Shown: positions 27,590 to 41,560, counted from the stretch's first letter. The stretch: DNA of 64,000 bases from Eledone cirrhosa (GCA_964016885.1 OZ024748.1:16802001-16866000), one strand, 5' to 3'. Notes: generated by a model from the sequence alone, not told the origin. Made by a program: numbers and translations.

Positions 27590-28265
27590 AAATACAATAT
27601 GTTGAAAAGGTAACACACTAAAGTGAGATAGTGTGCCATCAATAAAACAGGAAAAACCACCAGTGTATGGAGTCTATAATCTATGAAAGGCAGGGTAGAC
27701 ACACAATAATTAAATATATAAATTAAAATGTATATATGCACCTCTATAACTATATAACACACGCGTACAAATCCAAAGAGATCTGTTTCGCCAGGAAGTT
27801 GTTGACTGAAATGGAATAGCCTATGGTTCATCAGCACGTGCAAGACTTTACATTACAGACAACTCTAAGAGAATCTAAAGCGACCGTCCAGCTACACGCG
27901 GCAGAGAGCTGTCACAGCATGTTTTAGGGCAGTGAACCAGTGGTATCTGATGGACGAGCTGCTAGAATGGGCAGCCCAAAAACCACTCAAAGAAGTGTGC
28001 TCAACCAAACAGAGACAGAGGAAAGACTGTTATAAGGAGTGAAATATCACGATAAATTAACGGAGCCAAATAAATTAATGTGCTCAAAGGAAAAGGAATC
28101 CTGAGCTCTTTAAAATACAATATGTTGAAAAGGTAACACACTAAAGAGAGATAGTGTGCCATCAATAAAACAGGGAAAACCACCAGTGTATGGAGTCTAT
28201 CATCTATGGAAGGCAGGGTAGACACACAATAATTAAATATATAAATTAAAATATATATACGCATA
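27590..28265 (-). mobile_element. Partial-tandem element family G (~520 bp unit, ~150 bp terminal direct repeat) with hammerhead
   Basis: 27590-27742 and 28112-28263 are direct repeats; (TA)n flanks; no ORF. Confidence 0.75.
27759..27841 (-). ncRNA. Type I hammerhead ribozyme (complete three-stem fold)
   Basis: Minus strand: stem I GCACGTG/CGCGTGT; CTGATGA; stem II ACCA...TGGC (first pair A-C, likely mutated); GAAA; stem III CAGATC/GATTTG; GUA cleavage site. Confidence 0.8.
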
Positions 28266-28313
28266 ATTTATATATATATATATTAGTTTTGCGAGGTTTT
28301 TGATATATAGAGG

Positions 28314-28367
<54 letters not shown>

Positions 28368-29411
28368 CCTCTCAGTTTCTTACAGAATTCCGGGTTTAAA
28401 TTCTTTGTTTTTCTGTTGATTAATGTAGTATTTTTTTTAATTTATGTCCTTCCTATTTTATTTGTCATGTTGACTTCTTGTTCATCACATTGCTCTCCCT
28501 CTCTTCTCCTTTCAATATCCCTGCTCTCCCTTCCCATATATACCTTCTCCCCCATCAATATAATCCTTCCATAACCCACCCTACTCCATCCTCTTTGTTG
28601 TGTCTAGTAATTTCTCTGTATCACGGATGGTCTGATTTCTTCTCTCTTCTGAAAATCTGAATTCTTTAAAAAAAAACAAATAAATAAAAAAAACAAAAAA
28701 AAAAACAAAGCACACTTAGATTTTCCTACACCAGTATTTGGATGTTGTTGTTGTTGGTGTTGTTATTGCTGTTGTTGTCTTTGTTGTTGTTGTCGTCGTT
28801 GTTGTTGGTGGTGGTGGTGGTTGCATGGTGTTGGTTGTTGTTGTCGTTGGTGGTGGTAGTTGTATGGTGTTGGTTGTTGTTGTTGTTGGTGGTGGTGGTG
28901 GTGGTTGTGGTGGTTGTATGGTGGTTGTTGTTGTTGTTGGTAGTGGTGGTGGTTGTATGGTGGTTGTATGGTTGTTGTTGTTGTTGTTGTTGTTGGTAGT
29001 GGTGGTGGTGGTGGTGGTGGCAGTGGTTGTTGTGGTTTTGGTGGTTTCCAAAACACTACCATTTACCCTCTTCCTTCGTTCCACAATTTCTCTCCTCCAG
29101 CCCTCACCCCACTCGCTCTCTCTCCACTTTTCTTTGCTGAATTGACTTTTGTTGATATTAATCAGATCACATCTAATCTCCACTGACAGTTTCCAAAACA
29201 TAAATCTCTCTAAAAATTCTCTTAAATTCTCATTATAGTGCTGATGGTTCCTTCTATCAATGCATCTATTCGGTTTTGATTTGATTTTTGGTAGAATCTT
29301 TACCAAGGTTTGAGGTTCGCAACTAAATTAAGTTAAACTTGATATTGACCATTTGTAGATCTGGTGCCACGTGTGGGGATGTTTGTCTATGACTTTCTAT
29401 ATATATACATA

Positions 29412-29452
<41 letters not shown>

Positions 29453-29516
29453 ATATATAATGTATATATATATATGTAATGTAGCTATATATATATATAA
29501 TGTGTGTATATATATG

Positions 29517-29547
<31 letters not shown>

Positions 29548-29594
29548 GTATGTGTATATATATATATGTATATATATAAATATATATATATATG

Positions 29595-29640
<46 letters not shown>

Positions 29641-29672
29641 TATACATATATGTATGTGTATATATATATATG

Positions 29673-29722
<50 letters not shown>

Positions 29723-29754
29723 TATACATATATGTATGTGTATATATATATATG

Positions 29755-29843
<89 letters not shown>

Positions 29844-30380
29844 TATATATATATATGTATATATATGCATATATATATATATATATTAATTATTATTAAG
29901 GATAAAAAGCGAGTCTTGTTATTTAGGAGTATATCTATGTGAATGTGTACCTCTGTGTGTGTCTGTGTATACATGTATCTGTCTATGTCTGCCTAAGTAT
30001 ATATGTGTATGTATATATGTGTATGTATATATGTGTATGTATCCACTTATGTATTCAATATAAAACCACCAGGGATTTCTTAAACCTGTTTGATATCAAA
30101 TTGCTTGTCCTTGTCTCTCATTATACTATACAAAACTATTTATGTTGATATCAGATTGCCTGAAAATGTCACTCTTTGTACTTTACGAAACTGTTGATGT
30201 CAAATTGTTTATATTAATTTAACCCTCTTCTTATATTTCTAATAAAAAAAACACTGCTCGTGGTTTTCAAATAGTTATAATAGAAGGTGGTATAATTCAT
30301 TAGCAATATGGTAATGAGCAGGTTAAAATGTTTATATTTACTTAAGAGCCTTGCATTACAATTTTATGTAAGAAACTTTG

Positions 30381-30599
30381 TTAACCCATTAACATTTAAA
30401 CCCGCTATATCCGGCCAGAATTCTCTCACCTCTTTCTGTTCAAACAGGCTGTAACCGTCCACTCATATTAAAGTATTGTTCTCAAAATAGATAATATCAC
30501 AATCTTATAGATTCGATATTATGTGAGATATTTATGATAAAGCCTTTACCACAAAAATACAATAGTAAATATAGAGTAATGTAAATGATAAAGGGTTAA
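30381..30599. mobile_element. MITE M1 nested in MITE M2
   Basis: TTAACCCATT...TAAAGGGTTAA interrupting M2 sequence TATGTAAGAAACTTTG|GTTATGCTCCAAA. Confidence 0.8.
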
Positions 30600-31024
30600 G
30601 TTATGCTCCAAAGAATCAGCTTAATAATGATAAAATTAGTCATATTACTAAATCTCTTAGAATTCTGGAACAATTTCAAAATCATTGGGAAATCATAGGC
30701 AGAGGTTTCCATTAGAAATATGATGACAAAAGGGTTAAACTTCATAGCATAACAAAACCAAAGTATTTCCCATTTTATATTTTATTCTAAATGACTTTAT
30801 CAGATCAGCCTCAAAGCATCGATCACTGTTCTATTACTAACTTTACCTCTCTTTGATTTTGATGACAATCTGTGAATAATCATGTCCTATCTTTTCGTCT
30901 CTATTTGCATAGAAACGGAGATTATCAATCTATACTGTTGTAGCATTATACTTTTACAAAATTGTTTATACACACACACATATGTATATATATATATATA
31001 TGTGTGTATGTGTGTGTGTGTGTA

Positions 31025-31063
<39 letters not shown>

Positions 31064-31102
31064 GTATATATATATATTTATATATGTATGCATGTAAATG
31101 TG

Positions 31103-31136
<34 letters not shown>

Positions 31137-31137
31137 C

Positions 31138-31207
<70 letters not shown>

Positions 31208-31360
31208 ATGTGTGTGTGTATATATATATATATAAAATTTTGTTTAGTTAGAATTTTCAATAAATCAATATTATTTTTATTGTTATCATCTCCATCAATA
31301 TCTTGGTATTACTTTCATTTATTTAGATTTTGGCATCATGTAAGTGGATTATATTATATG

Positions 31361-31560
31361 TGAGTGTGTGAGTTGTGGGTTCAATCAGGAGTAACCACAG
31401 TAAGTAAGGTACTCAATAAATCAGTAGAGTGTAAACATATTTAATATAGAAATGGCGTCTAGGATTAAAACTGTTTCATTCAAAAGAACCCATCAGCAAA
31501 GCCATGATGAATTCTTTTGAATGAAAGTTCTAGTCCTGTAGAAGTAATTTCTATATTTAA
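31361..31560 (-). mobile_element. Fold-back element family D (older copy)
   Basis: Homologous to 54962-55158; arms carry (C/A)TGATG(G/A)-RTTC-TTTT-GAAT-GAAA. Confidence 0.7.
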
Positions 31561-31645
31561 CAAGATATATATATATTCTGAAGAGATCGTTTTTTTCGAA
31601 TTTCATCTGAGGATCCCGTTCTCAAAACAGCAATAAATTCATGAA

Positions 31646-31910
31646 ATCATCATCATCATCATCATTCATCGACTACTGTCGAGATGATGGATCTCTCTCA
31701 TTCCCCAGAATTCCCTGTCCCCATCGCCGCCGCCAGGTCCTGTCTACTGATTCCCGTATCCCCTAGAGATAACGTCAGGGAATGACAGCTTCCTACTCCT
31801 AGTCAGGCTGGAGTCAGGGTTCCAGAGCAAGAGAGCGGATATGATTTCATTGCTGGCACGGTGACAGTGGCCAGCAAATTGAGCTCTCCGGGATTTTAGA
31901 AGAGCAGAGG
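31646..31910 (-). mobile_element. RTE-clade LINE 3' end
   Basis: Translation LLKSRRAQFAGHCHRASNEIISALLLWNP...RKLSFPDVISRDTG...DLAAAM; (GAT)n tail. Confidence 0.8.
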
Positions 31911-32236
31911 CTCGATGAAATACATCTTGATTGCATGGGAGAACTGTTGAAATCTAAATTATAATAAAGTAAGGAGTGTGGGACTGCATCCAGAATATAT
32001 ATTTTTTATCCCGTTAGTAAAATAAGTTGGATTACTTTGAATAAATAATGAATTAATATTACATAATTTATCTAGTAAATTTCGTTATTCTTGATTAAAT
32101 ATAAATAATATTGTTGCTTATTTTAAGATTCACTTCTTTAAAATTTTCAAATGTCAACACTTCCGGTTAGCGATCACTTAAATAAACATTCATATATTTC
32201 CGTCACTAATTTTCTCCTAATGCAGTTTATACATAA

Positions 32237-32425
32237 TTTTTTCTATTTTTGACACAAGGCCAGCAATTATGCCAGTGTATTACTGGTACTTTATTTATCG
32301 ACCCCGTAAGGATGAAAGGCAAAGTTAACCTCGACGGTATTTGAACTCAGATCATAAAGGGCTGTAACTCTTTGCTACAAAGTATGGTGTCCGACCCTCT
32401 ACTGATACTGCCAATCGACCGACCT
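32237..32425 (-). mobile_element. SINE S1
   Basis: Full reverse-complement copy with duplicated ATGCAGTTTATACATAAT flanks. Confidence 0.9.
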
Positions 32426-32759
32426 TATGCAGTTTATACATAATATCGTCTTTTTTTTAATGTATCATGGATTACGTTACTGATTACATAAGACAGTGCA
32501 ACGCAGTATTCATTCAATTTCTGTGTATATTGTCAATTACGACTTTATTTGATGTATCATATCTACATGCTAGCACCCGAAGGGTGGTTTTCTGTTAGTA
32601 TTTATAATTAGTAAACGATTTATGTAACATCAGCATCTTTATTAATGTTATGTATATATATTAATGTTTTGTATATATATTAATGTTTTGTATATATATT
32701 AATGTTATGTATATATATTAATGTTTTGTATATATATTAATGTTATGTATATATATATA

Positions 32760-32946
32760 TTGTTTCTACTTTAGGCACAAGGCCAGCAATTACCCAGTGC
32801 ATTACTGGTACTTTATTTTATCGACCCTGTAAGGATGAAAGGCAAAGTTAACCTCGGCGGGATTTGAACTCAGAATGGAAAGGGCCGTAACTCTATGCTG
32901 CAAAGCATGGCGTCAGACCCTCTAACGATTCTGCCAAGTCACCGCT
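32760..32946 (-). mobile_element. SINE S1 inserted in a ~19-bp minisatellite (32640-33030)
   Basis: ATTAATGTT(A/T)TGTATATAT units on both sides of an intact S1. Confidence 0.85.
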
Positions 32947-33084
32947 GTTATGTATATATATTAATGTTATGTATATATATTAATGTTATGTATATATATT
33001 AATGTTATGTATATATATTAATGTTTTGTATATATATATATATAAGCCGAAGCTGAAGCATATAGACAATATGCCCCCACCCCC

Positions 33085-33353
33085 TCCCACTGCAAACTTG
33101 TCGTGGAGGTGCCACAGCAAAAAAGCACCCAGCCCACACTGTAAAGTGTTTGTGTAGGCGCCACGGAAAAAAAAACACCCGGCTCTCACTGTAAATGAAG
33201 TTGGTGTTAGGAAGGGCATCCAGCTGTGGAAATCAGTTCCCGTATGAGCAAGACAAGGTCAGCCGACTGGGCACTGCTCACAACAGGACAACCCGTCTAA
33301 CCCATGCTAGCGTGGAAGAATGGATGTAAAACGGTGATGATGATGATGATGAT
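33085..33353 (+). mobile_element. RTE-type 3' UTR fragment
   Basis: GTTAGGAAGGGCATCCAGCTG...CCCATGCTAGCGTGGAAG...(GAT)n. Confidence 0.75.
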
Positions 33354-33403
33354 ATATATATATATATATTCATATACACGCATGCATATATATATATGTC
33401 TGC

Positions 33404-33437
<34 letters not shown>

Positions 33438-33442
33438 ATATA

Positions 33443-33593
33443 ACGAGGGAAGTATGGTAAGGAACCAGATGGACCATAACGCACCAGCATACTCAATAAT
33501 TAGGGTAGTAGAGTGGGTAATAGGAAATTGTTTAACCCCGACGGCAGAACTCAAGCCGTTTCAACAGCTATTTCTGGACTCAGGGTTAAATAT

Positions 33594-33598
<5 letters not shown>
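33443..33598 (-). mobile_element. Family B copy retaining candidate stem I
   Basis: Minus strand TTTAACC-CTGAG-TCCAG..CTGTT-GAAA-CGGC..GCCG-TC-GGGGTTAAA. Confidence 0.7.
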
Positions 33599-33648
<50 letters not shown>

Positions 33649-34070
33649 GAGAGAGAGAGAGAGAGAGAGAAATACTTCATTAATACACTACTAAACATTA
33701 CTGGAAATAAAGAAACAACTTTAGATATAGGAATCAATTAATCAATCAATACATATTTATTGATGAACAAACTTGCCAACATCCATTGATACAATGTAAT
33801 TTATCATCTCATTCTCTGCTATTAACACATTATTGTCTAAGTTTTAATTAACACTTTAAAAAGAATCCAATAAGCAAAAAGAGGAATTAACAAGTATATT
33901 ATTGTTAATTTATAATCAAAGAAGTATGTAATATAACAACAATATTTGATGTCAACCAGAATTAGTAATAAAATATTACTGACGCAAAAGGAAACTAAAT
34001 TTTTATACTCATTGACAAATAGAACATTGTGATCTCTTCTCTGCTGCATAGAATGAAACTCACACACAGT

Positions 34071-34140
<70 letters not shown>

Positions 34141-34144
<4 letters not shown>

Positions 34145-34330
34145 AAAAAGTATGACCCTGACGGCAGAGCTTAAGCCGTTTCGACGGCTATTTCTGGACT
34201 CCAGAAATAGCTGTCGAAACGGCTTGAGCTCTGCCGTCGGGGTCATACTTTTTCCTATTTCCCACTCTACTACCCTAAGTATTGAGTACTCTGGTGCGTT
34301 ATGGTCCATCTGGTTCCTTACCACAATTCC
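34141..34330 (+). mobile_element. Fold-back element family B
   Basis: Arms 34141-34198 and 34200-34257; tail to ~34330; (TA)n flanks. Confidence 0.8.
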
Positions 34331-34377
34331 TTTGTTATATATATATATGTATATATATTATATATATATTTTATATG

Positions 34378-34411
<34 letters not shown>

Positions 34412-34621
34412 ATATTATATATATATATTTATACATTGTGTATGTATATGTATATAATAGATATATAATATATATATATATATCATATAGTTATATATAT
34501 ATTATATAGATACATATATATATATATTACATATATAGTTCATTGGTACAATTTAAATATAATAGACTGCATGGCAACATAACCTCCATTGTGCAATTCA
34601 TAGTGTTATCATTCATCATAT

Positions 34622-34672
<51 letters not shown>

Positions 34673-35257
34673 AGTATTATATAATAAACAGAGGGTGTAC
34701 ACTTAAAACCATCTTTCTTGTTTATAATATATATATATATATTACAATAATTTACATATACATAAGTGTGTGTGAGTGAGTGTATGTGTATAGATAGGAT
34801 AATGTCTCTGTTTCAATGGTTCAATGAACAAAGAGACTGATAAAATTTGTATAAGATTTGAAAAAAATAAGTATGGTGGGTGTTGGGGTGAGGAGGTGCA
34901 GGTCAATATGACCGACTATATCAAAATGGTGCCCCAGCCTGGCCGCAGTCTAATGACTGAAACCAGTAGAAGAATAAAAGAGGACATATATAGATATATA
35001 GATATATAGAGATAGATAGATAAATACATAGATAGATAGATTTAGATAGATATAGAGAGCTTTCATTATTAATTCAGTTTTGTGGTTGTTAAATATTATA
35101 TTTCTCTTAAAAACTTTGATGGCATTAATTTTTTGGTTTGATTTTGTTTTGTGTTTTTGTATTTGTACATAAAAAATATAGATTCATTAAAGCAAGTTTT
35201 CTGAAGTTCAGTTATTGGAAAAAAAGTATTTTTAAGAGAACAAGTGCATTACCAAGC

Positions 35258-35870
35258 CGCATGGTCAAATGGTTAGGATACTTGAGGTATGATTGTAATG
35301 TTGGTTTGATTCCTGAACAGGATTGTGTGTTGTGTTCTGAAGCAAAACACTTTATTTCCATTGCTCCAGTACACTCAGCTGAGAGTGAGTACCAGCAATA
35401 GCTGGGAAGTTAAACTTGCGATAGACCAACATCCTGTATAGGGAGAGTCTTGTACTCTCAGTCACTTAGCTGGAGGTGAGTACCAGCAATAGTTGGGGAG
35501 TTAAACCTGCGATAGACCGGTGTCCTGTATAGGGGGAGTCTTGTACTCTCAGTCACTTAGCTGGAGGTGGTACCAGTAATAGCTGGGGGGTTAAACCTGT
35601 GATAGGCTGATGTCGTGTCCAGGGAGAGTCTTGTACTCTCATTCACTTAGCTGAAGGTGAGTACTAGCAATATGTGGGGAGTTAAACCTGTGATATACTA
35701 GTGTCCTCTATAGGGAGACTCTTGTAATCTCATTTACTTAGCTGAAGGTGAGTACTAGGAACAGCTGGGGAGTTAAACCTGTGACAGACTGACGTCCTGT
35801 CTAGGAAGAGCCTTGTACTCTCAGTCACATAATGTCAAGGAAACCAGGATATGCACCAGACTGATGGGCT
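35258..35870 (+). mobile_element. tRNA-SINE whose body is tandemly amplified (~91-bp unit x5, 35377-35830)
   Basis: Degenerate tRNA head, then repeated AGCTG.AGGTGAGTACCAGCAATAGCTGGGGAGTTAAACCTGCGATAGAC..GTCCTGT; single-unit relative at 41115-41365 (-). Confidence 0.75.
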
Positions 35871-37734
35871 TTCAGCTTTGAATAAAGTATATTATATAAC
35901 ACTTTTTACACTAAATCACCTGAATCACCTGAATCTATCCCTGGTTCTATGATACAAAGCTATTTTAAACTGTTTATATTTATCTCAGAACCTTCCATAA
36001 TAAGTTTATATGAGAACTTTTGCTAAGTTATGTTCCAAACACTTGCTTAATAATGAGAGAGTTAGTTATATTACGAAATACCTTCAAATTCTTGCTTGGA
36101 GTGTTTATCATGACTCAAGCATAAAGACATTACAGAGTGTACTTGGGTACTGGTGTATGTAAGGACACTTTCTACTTCATGTAGTCTTCAATTTGGAAAG
36201 AGAGTTTCAGGACTCTGTCCCAACGAGCCTCCCAGGAATAAGTGGGCGAAGAAGAAGAAATTGTTTTAAATTATTTGAAAATCACAAGTAGTACTTTTCA
36301 TTAGAAAGATTTGTAATGAAAGAGTTAAACACTGTTTAGCAATTCAGAGCATTGGTTTCTTAATAAAACTCTCATTATTCCCAAACCTTGTCTACTGAGA
36401 AAAACGTGAACTACTTATGAAATCAAATCTTGTTTCTGAAATACAGTATGTCATCAAATACTCACTCTTTGAATGGCAATAATTTGAGTTGGAAACAAAA
36501 CTAAGATTTATATGTATTCACATCTCTTTCAAAATGTGAATACATTTTTTTTTTTTTACACCCTGTATATTATTCAGTAGCAGAAATACTGCCATCTGGG
36601 TTGTTTTTCTGCTAGTGTGAGTGTGTGGGTGTGTGTACATGAGTGTGTGTGGGGGAGTGTGTATGTCGGAGTTTCTGAGTGGGGGTGTGTGAGTTTGTGA
36701 GTGGGGGCGTGTGAATGTGTGTATGTGTGGGGGAGTGTGTATATCAGAGTGTGTGTGGGTGTGTCTATGCGGGAGTGTGTGTGTGTGTGTGGGGGGGGGC
36801 TTAATACATCTAAAAACATCAACAAATATATGAAAAGGGAAAACATTTTTCACCTATATATGATATAAACTGTTAACAACTCAATTAAATACAACAATAT
36901 TTATTCTCTACAAAATTATGAGCCCCAGCTTAATTAAGCAATGACTGGATATGTTACTGAACTAGTAATAAACAGGGGTATAATTAAAACAGCCCAGCAC
37001 AGCATATTTGATGAGATTTGAACCTGGACCAAATTTTAATGAAAGAATTTTTTTTCTGAGAATGTACAGAGGGTGGGATCAAAAGTTCATAGGCTGACTA
37101 TAAAGGAGTGATGCTAGAGCTGAGAAAATTTTGCATGCATTAATTTCAACCCTTCTTATTTTTTCTTTGAGAAACGAGCAAAAATCAGAAAATTTTTTAT
37201 GTAAAACAGGTTTTTCTCAAACTTTTGCAGCTAACACGACCCCACCCATCATGACCACGTAATACCCCGCCCTCCTCCATCCCGAACTCTATTTCCAGCG
37301 AGACCTGCCTACACACAAATTGTAAAACAATATATAAATAAAATCGTTAATTTATATATAATAAATAATATAATATATACTATGTATAAATAAATATTAT
37401 ATCATCATCATTATTTAACGTCCATCTTCCACACTAGCATGGGTTAATTTACTATATTTATATATAATTGTTTCTACTTTAGGCACAAGGCCAGCAATTA
37501 CCCAGTGCATTACTGGTACTTTATTTTATCGACCCCGTAAGGATGAAAGGCAAAGTCAACGCTATATTTATATATAATATGCATCATTTGATATTTTATA
37601 TACTATTATATCATCTCTACTGCCCCCTTAATCCCCAGCACCACCTGGGCCTTCTCAATGCCCCCAGTGGTGTGGTAAAGCCCACTTTTAGAATCTCTGA
37701 TGTAGAATTTGAACTTGATGGAAATTGCCAAAAT

Positions 37735-37952
37735 ATTGATTTCTAGTATAAGCACAAGGCTAGTAATTTGGGCGCATGAAGAAAGTCGATTAAGTCAACC
37801 CCCACTACATTACCAGTACTTTATTTTATCGACCCCGTAAGGATGAAAGGCAAAGTTAACCTCAGCGGGATTTGAACTCAGACCGTAAAGAACCATAACT
37901 CTATACTGCAAAGCATGGCGTCCAACTCTCTACCGATACTGCCAATTCACTG
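37735..37952 (-). mobile_element. SINE S1 variant (plus partial copy 37466-37560)
   Basis: Reverse complement of S1 with longer 3' region. Confidence 0.8.
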
Positions 37953-38059
37953 CCAAAATATTGAGCCTGAATACAAGCCAACCAAATTTTTGGTCACATA
38001 TTCCTCGGCTTATATATTGTATGTCTACAGACATACAATACAACAGGAGGAACATAATA

Positions 38060-38105
38060 GTACCACTGATGATGCTGCAGATGTGCAACGAAAGAACTTT
38101 GTTAG
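38060..38105 (+). ncRNA. Degenerate minimal hammerhead in a family F relative
   Basis: CTGATGA 38066-38072, TGCA-gatg-TGCA stem II, CGAAAGAACTTTG identical to family F core; downstream tail GACCCTCCCCAAGTATAA matches 26782-26798. Confidence 0.55.
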
Positions 38106-38386
38106 ACTATATGTTTTTATATCTGTGTTTATATCTGTATTTTTGACCATTGGTCAGTCAATGATAAACATTGAGGACCAAATGAATTAACTGTGGAGAT
38201 ATAAAAGATACACAGGCGAAAACCAACCAAACAGTGAGTGTGTTCTCTTATTATTTCTGGCAATATTATTACAACAATATGACCCTCCCCAAGTATAATA
38301 ATATTTGTTTCAATTATAATTTCATATCAAAAACCTTGCAAAACAAATTCATCACCGTTATATATATATATATATATATATATATA

Positions 38387-38568
38387 GGAGGTGAGTTTTA
38401 TTGTAGTACAATAAAGCAATGCAGATATCGGATAAGAAGCACTCTACAGTTTGTAGGACTGGAGTATACATAATATATAAGATCAAAAGATGGTTAAAAG
38501 AGTTCCATGTATTTTATTATGCGCATTTCAAAAACAAATATCATCATGCAATAACCATCTTTTGATCT

Positions 38569-38578
<10 letters not shown>
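38387..38578 (-). mobile_element. Family A second copy, shorter fold-back
   Basis: Near-identical to 306-470; inverted arm 38552-38578. Confidence 0.85.
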
Positions 38579-38613
<35 letters not shown>

Positions 38614-38974
38614 CACAACAAATAAGTATCACAATAACTTCGTAAACACCAAGTACACTAACCATGTTAGGGCTGCGCACGGTAGTGGGGTGGCTAGTGC
38701 AGCCATCTGCAAGAACCCCACCAACCATCACCAAGCAATCGCACAACAAGAATATGAATATGATGATATATATATATATATATATATATATGCCCATAGC
38801 TTTTCTTTTTTACTTCCTCAATAGACATAATTATCTTATCTACATACCTACACTGAATTACTAGAAGCTTCTGTTCTTCTGTTCTTCTATTTTTTACATT
38901 TCTTTAAAATCCATTATATACGAAACAACAAAACAATAACAACAACAACAACAACAACAATAATAATAATAATG

Positions 38975-39007
<33 letters not shown>

Positions 39008-39308
39008 GTAATGATAATAGTAATTAATGATAATGATAATAATAATGTTTTCTTTATTAACCACAAGGGTTGACACAAAGTATAACATTAATTCTATTTT
39101 GGACACAAGAACCTAAGATGATGAAAAAGGATGCTGTATGTGATTATGATGATACAGATGATGATGATGACAACAACAACAACAACAACAACAACAATAA
39201 TACTACTAATAATAACAATAAGAAGAACAACACTAATAACAACAACAACGATAATAATAATACTACTACTAATAATAACAAGAATATCAATAATAACAAG
39301 AAAAAAAT

Positions 39309-39343
<35 letters not shown>

Positions 39344-39906
39344 TGATGACAATAATGATAACAAAAACAACAATAATAACAACACTAATAATAACAATAA
39401 CAACAATAACAACAACAACAATAATGATAACAGCACTAATAATAATAACAACAACAAAAATAGTAATTTCTGCTGTTATTGCCACAAGGGAGACATATTT
39501 GTAACATTAGGTAATAATAAGTTTTATTACACAAAGATTGTGATATTATGTAAATAAATAAAAAGAAAACTACCTCATCTATTGAACGGATGCAAATTAC
39601 TTTGTGGAGTAGGAGGGAAAAAATCAATCATTTGTGAATGTGAGAAATAAATCTACATATATGAAATTGTTAATGGTAATTATTGGCAATAAATTTGTTA
39701 TTGATTAATAATGAACAAGAAATGAATAAGAGAATCCATATGTGCAATAACGACAACAACAATATCATCAACAACATTACAACCATAATGGAAAGACCAT
39801 CTAGTCTCATAAAATTTTATTTAAAATATTTAAATTGGCACTAAAACGAATTTGTGCATCTACATTTATATACATACATACATACATATACATACATATA
39901 CATATA

Positions 39907-39937
<31 letters not shown>

Positions 39938-40012
39938 GTATGTATATATATATGTATATGTATGTATATATGTATATATATATACATACATATATATTTA
40001 TATACACATATA

Positions 40013-40052
<40 letters not shown>

Positions 40053-40151
40053 TATATATACACATATATGCATATATATAAATACATATATATATACATA
40101 TATATATATAAATATATACAAATATATATATATATAAATATACATATATAT

Positions 40152-40202
<51 letters not shown>

Positions 40203-40696
40203 TATATATATATATATGCATATATTTGTGTGTGTATATGTATATATATTTATATATATAGAGAGAGACAGATAAATAGATAGACAAATACATACAAAGA
40301 TATATATTCATGTTTCAATACAACGTTTCACTCTAAAATTTGTAACACATTATTTCTACAGCATTGTTTTAGGAAATTCTTTGTGATGCACATAAATATA
40401 TATATATACAAATATATATATATATTTATATACATACATGTACATATATTTATATACATACATATATGTATATTTATATACATATATATATATGTGTATG
40501 TGTATGTATATATATTTACATACAAACATATACATATATATATATATATATGTGTGTGTATGTGTATGTATATGTATATATATTTACATACAAACATATA
40601 CATACATATATATATATGTGTGTATGTGTATGTATATGTATATATATTTACATACAAACATATACATACATATATATATATGTATGTATGTATATA

Positions 40697-40792
<96 letters not shown>

Positions 40793-41114
40793 CATACACA
40801 TACACGTATATATACGTACGCACGCACACATATATATATGTATGTATGTCGATATGTATATCTATATATATACATATCGACATTATGTATACGTCTATAT
40901 CTATATATATAGACGTATACATAATATACATATATGCATATATGTCAGTAGAAGTCAGGATGCCAGACAGCACTTTTTCAAGATTAGTTAATCGCACATT
41001 AGAGACATCCACTCAACCTGATATTATGTGAACATTTCCAAACTCTGCTGGTCATAATTAATTGGCAATAGCAACTAAGTCTAAAGTTTAAGGTCTGTTT
41101 TGAGCTTGTAAGTC

Positions 41115-41365
41115 CAGTGCTTATCCCAGTTACATGGCTTGAGGCAACTGAAAGTACAAGACTTCCCCCTGGACAGGACGCCAGTCCGTCATATGGTTAA
41201 CTCCCCAGCTATTGCTGGTACTCATTTTTAGCTGAGTAAACTGGAGCAACATTAAATGAAGTGTCTTGCTCAAGAACACAACACACAACCCAACCCAGGA
41301 ATCGAACCCACGCCATTATGATCATAAGTTCAACACCCTTACCACTAGGCGACACACCGCCACTG
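41115..41365 (-). mobile_element. tRNA-SINE (S2-type head, V-domain-like body)
   Basis: GGCGGTGTGTCGCCTAGTGGTAAGG...GGTTCGATTCC; GACGGACTGGCGTCCTGTCCAGGGG. Confidence 0.75.
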
Positions 41366-41381
41366 ACAACTAATGCTACTG

Positions 41382-41424
<43 letters not shown>

Positions 41425-41426
41425 TT

Positions 41427-41560
41427 ACGTCCCTTTATGATCTGAGTTCAAATCCCGCCGAGGTTAACTTTGCCTTTCATCCATACGGGGTCGATAAAAT
41501 AAAGTACCAGTAATGTACTGGGTAATTGCTGGCCTTGTGCCAAAAGTAGAAACAATAATA
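41427..41560 (+). mobile_element. SINE S1, 5'-truncated
   Basis: Matches S1 3' two-thirds. Confidence 0.85.

Noticed and set aside
28716-29306. 196-aa ORF with a non-repetitive N-terminus
   Set aside because: Non-ATG start, no recognisable domain, second half is microsatellite.
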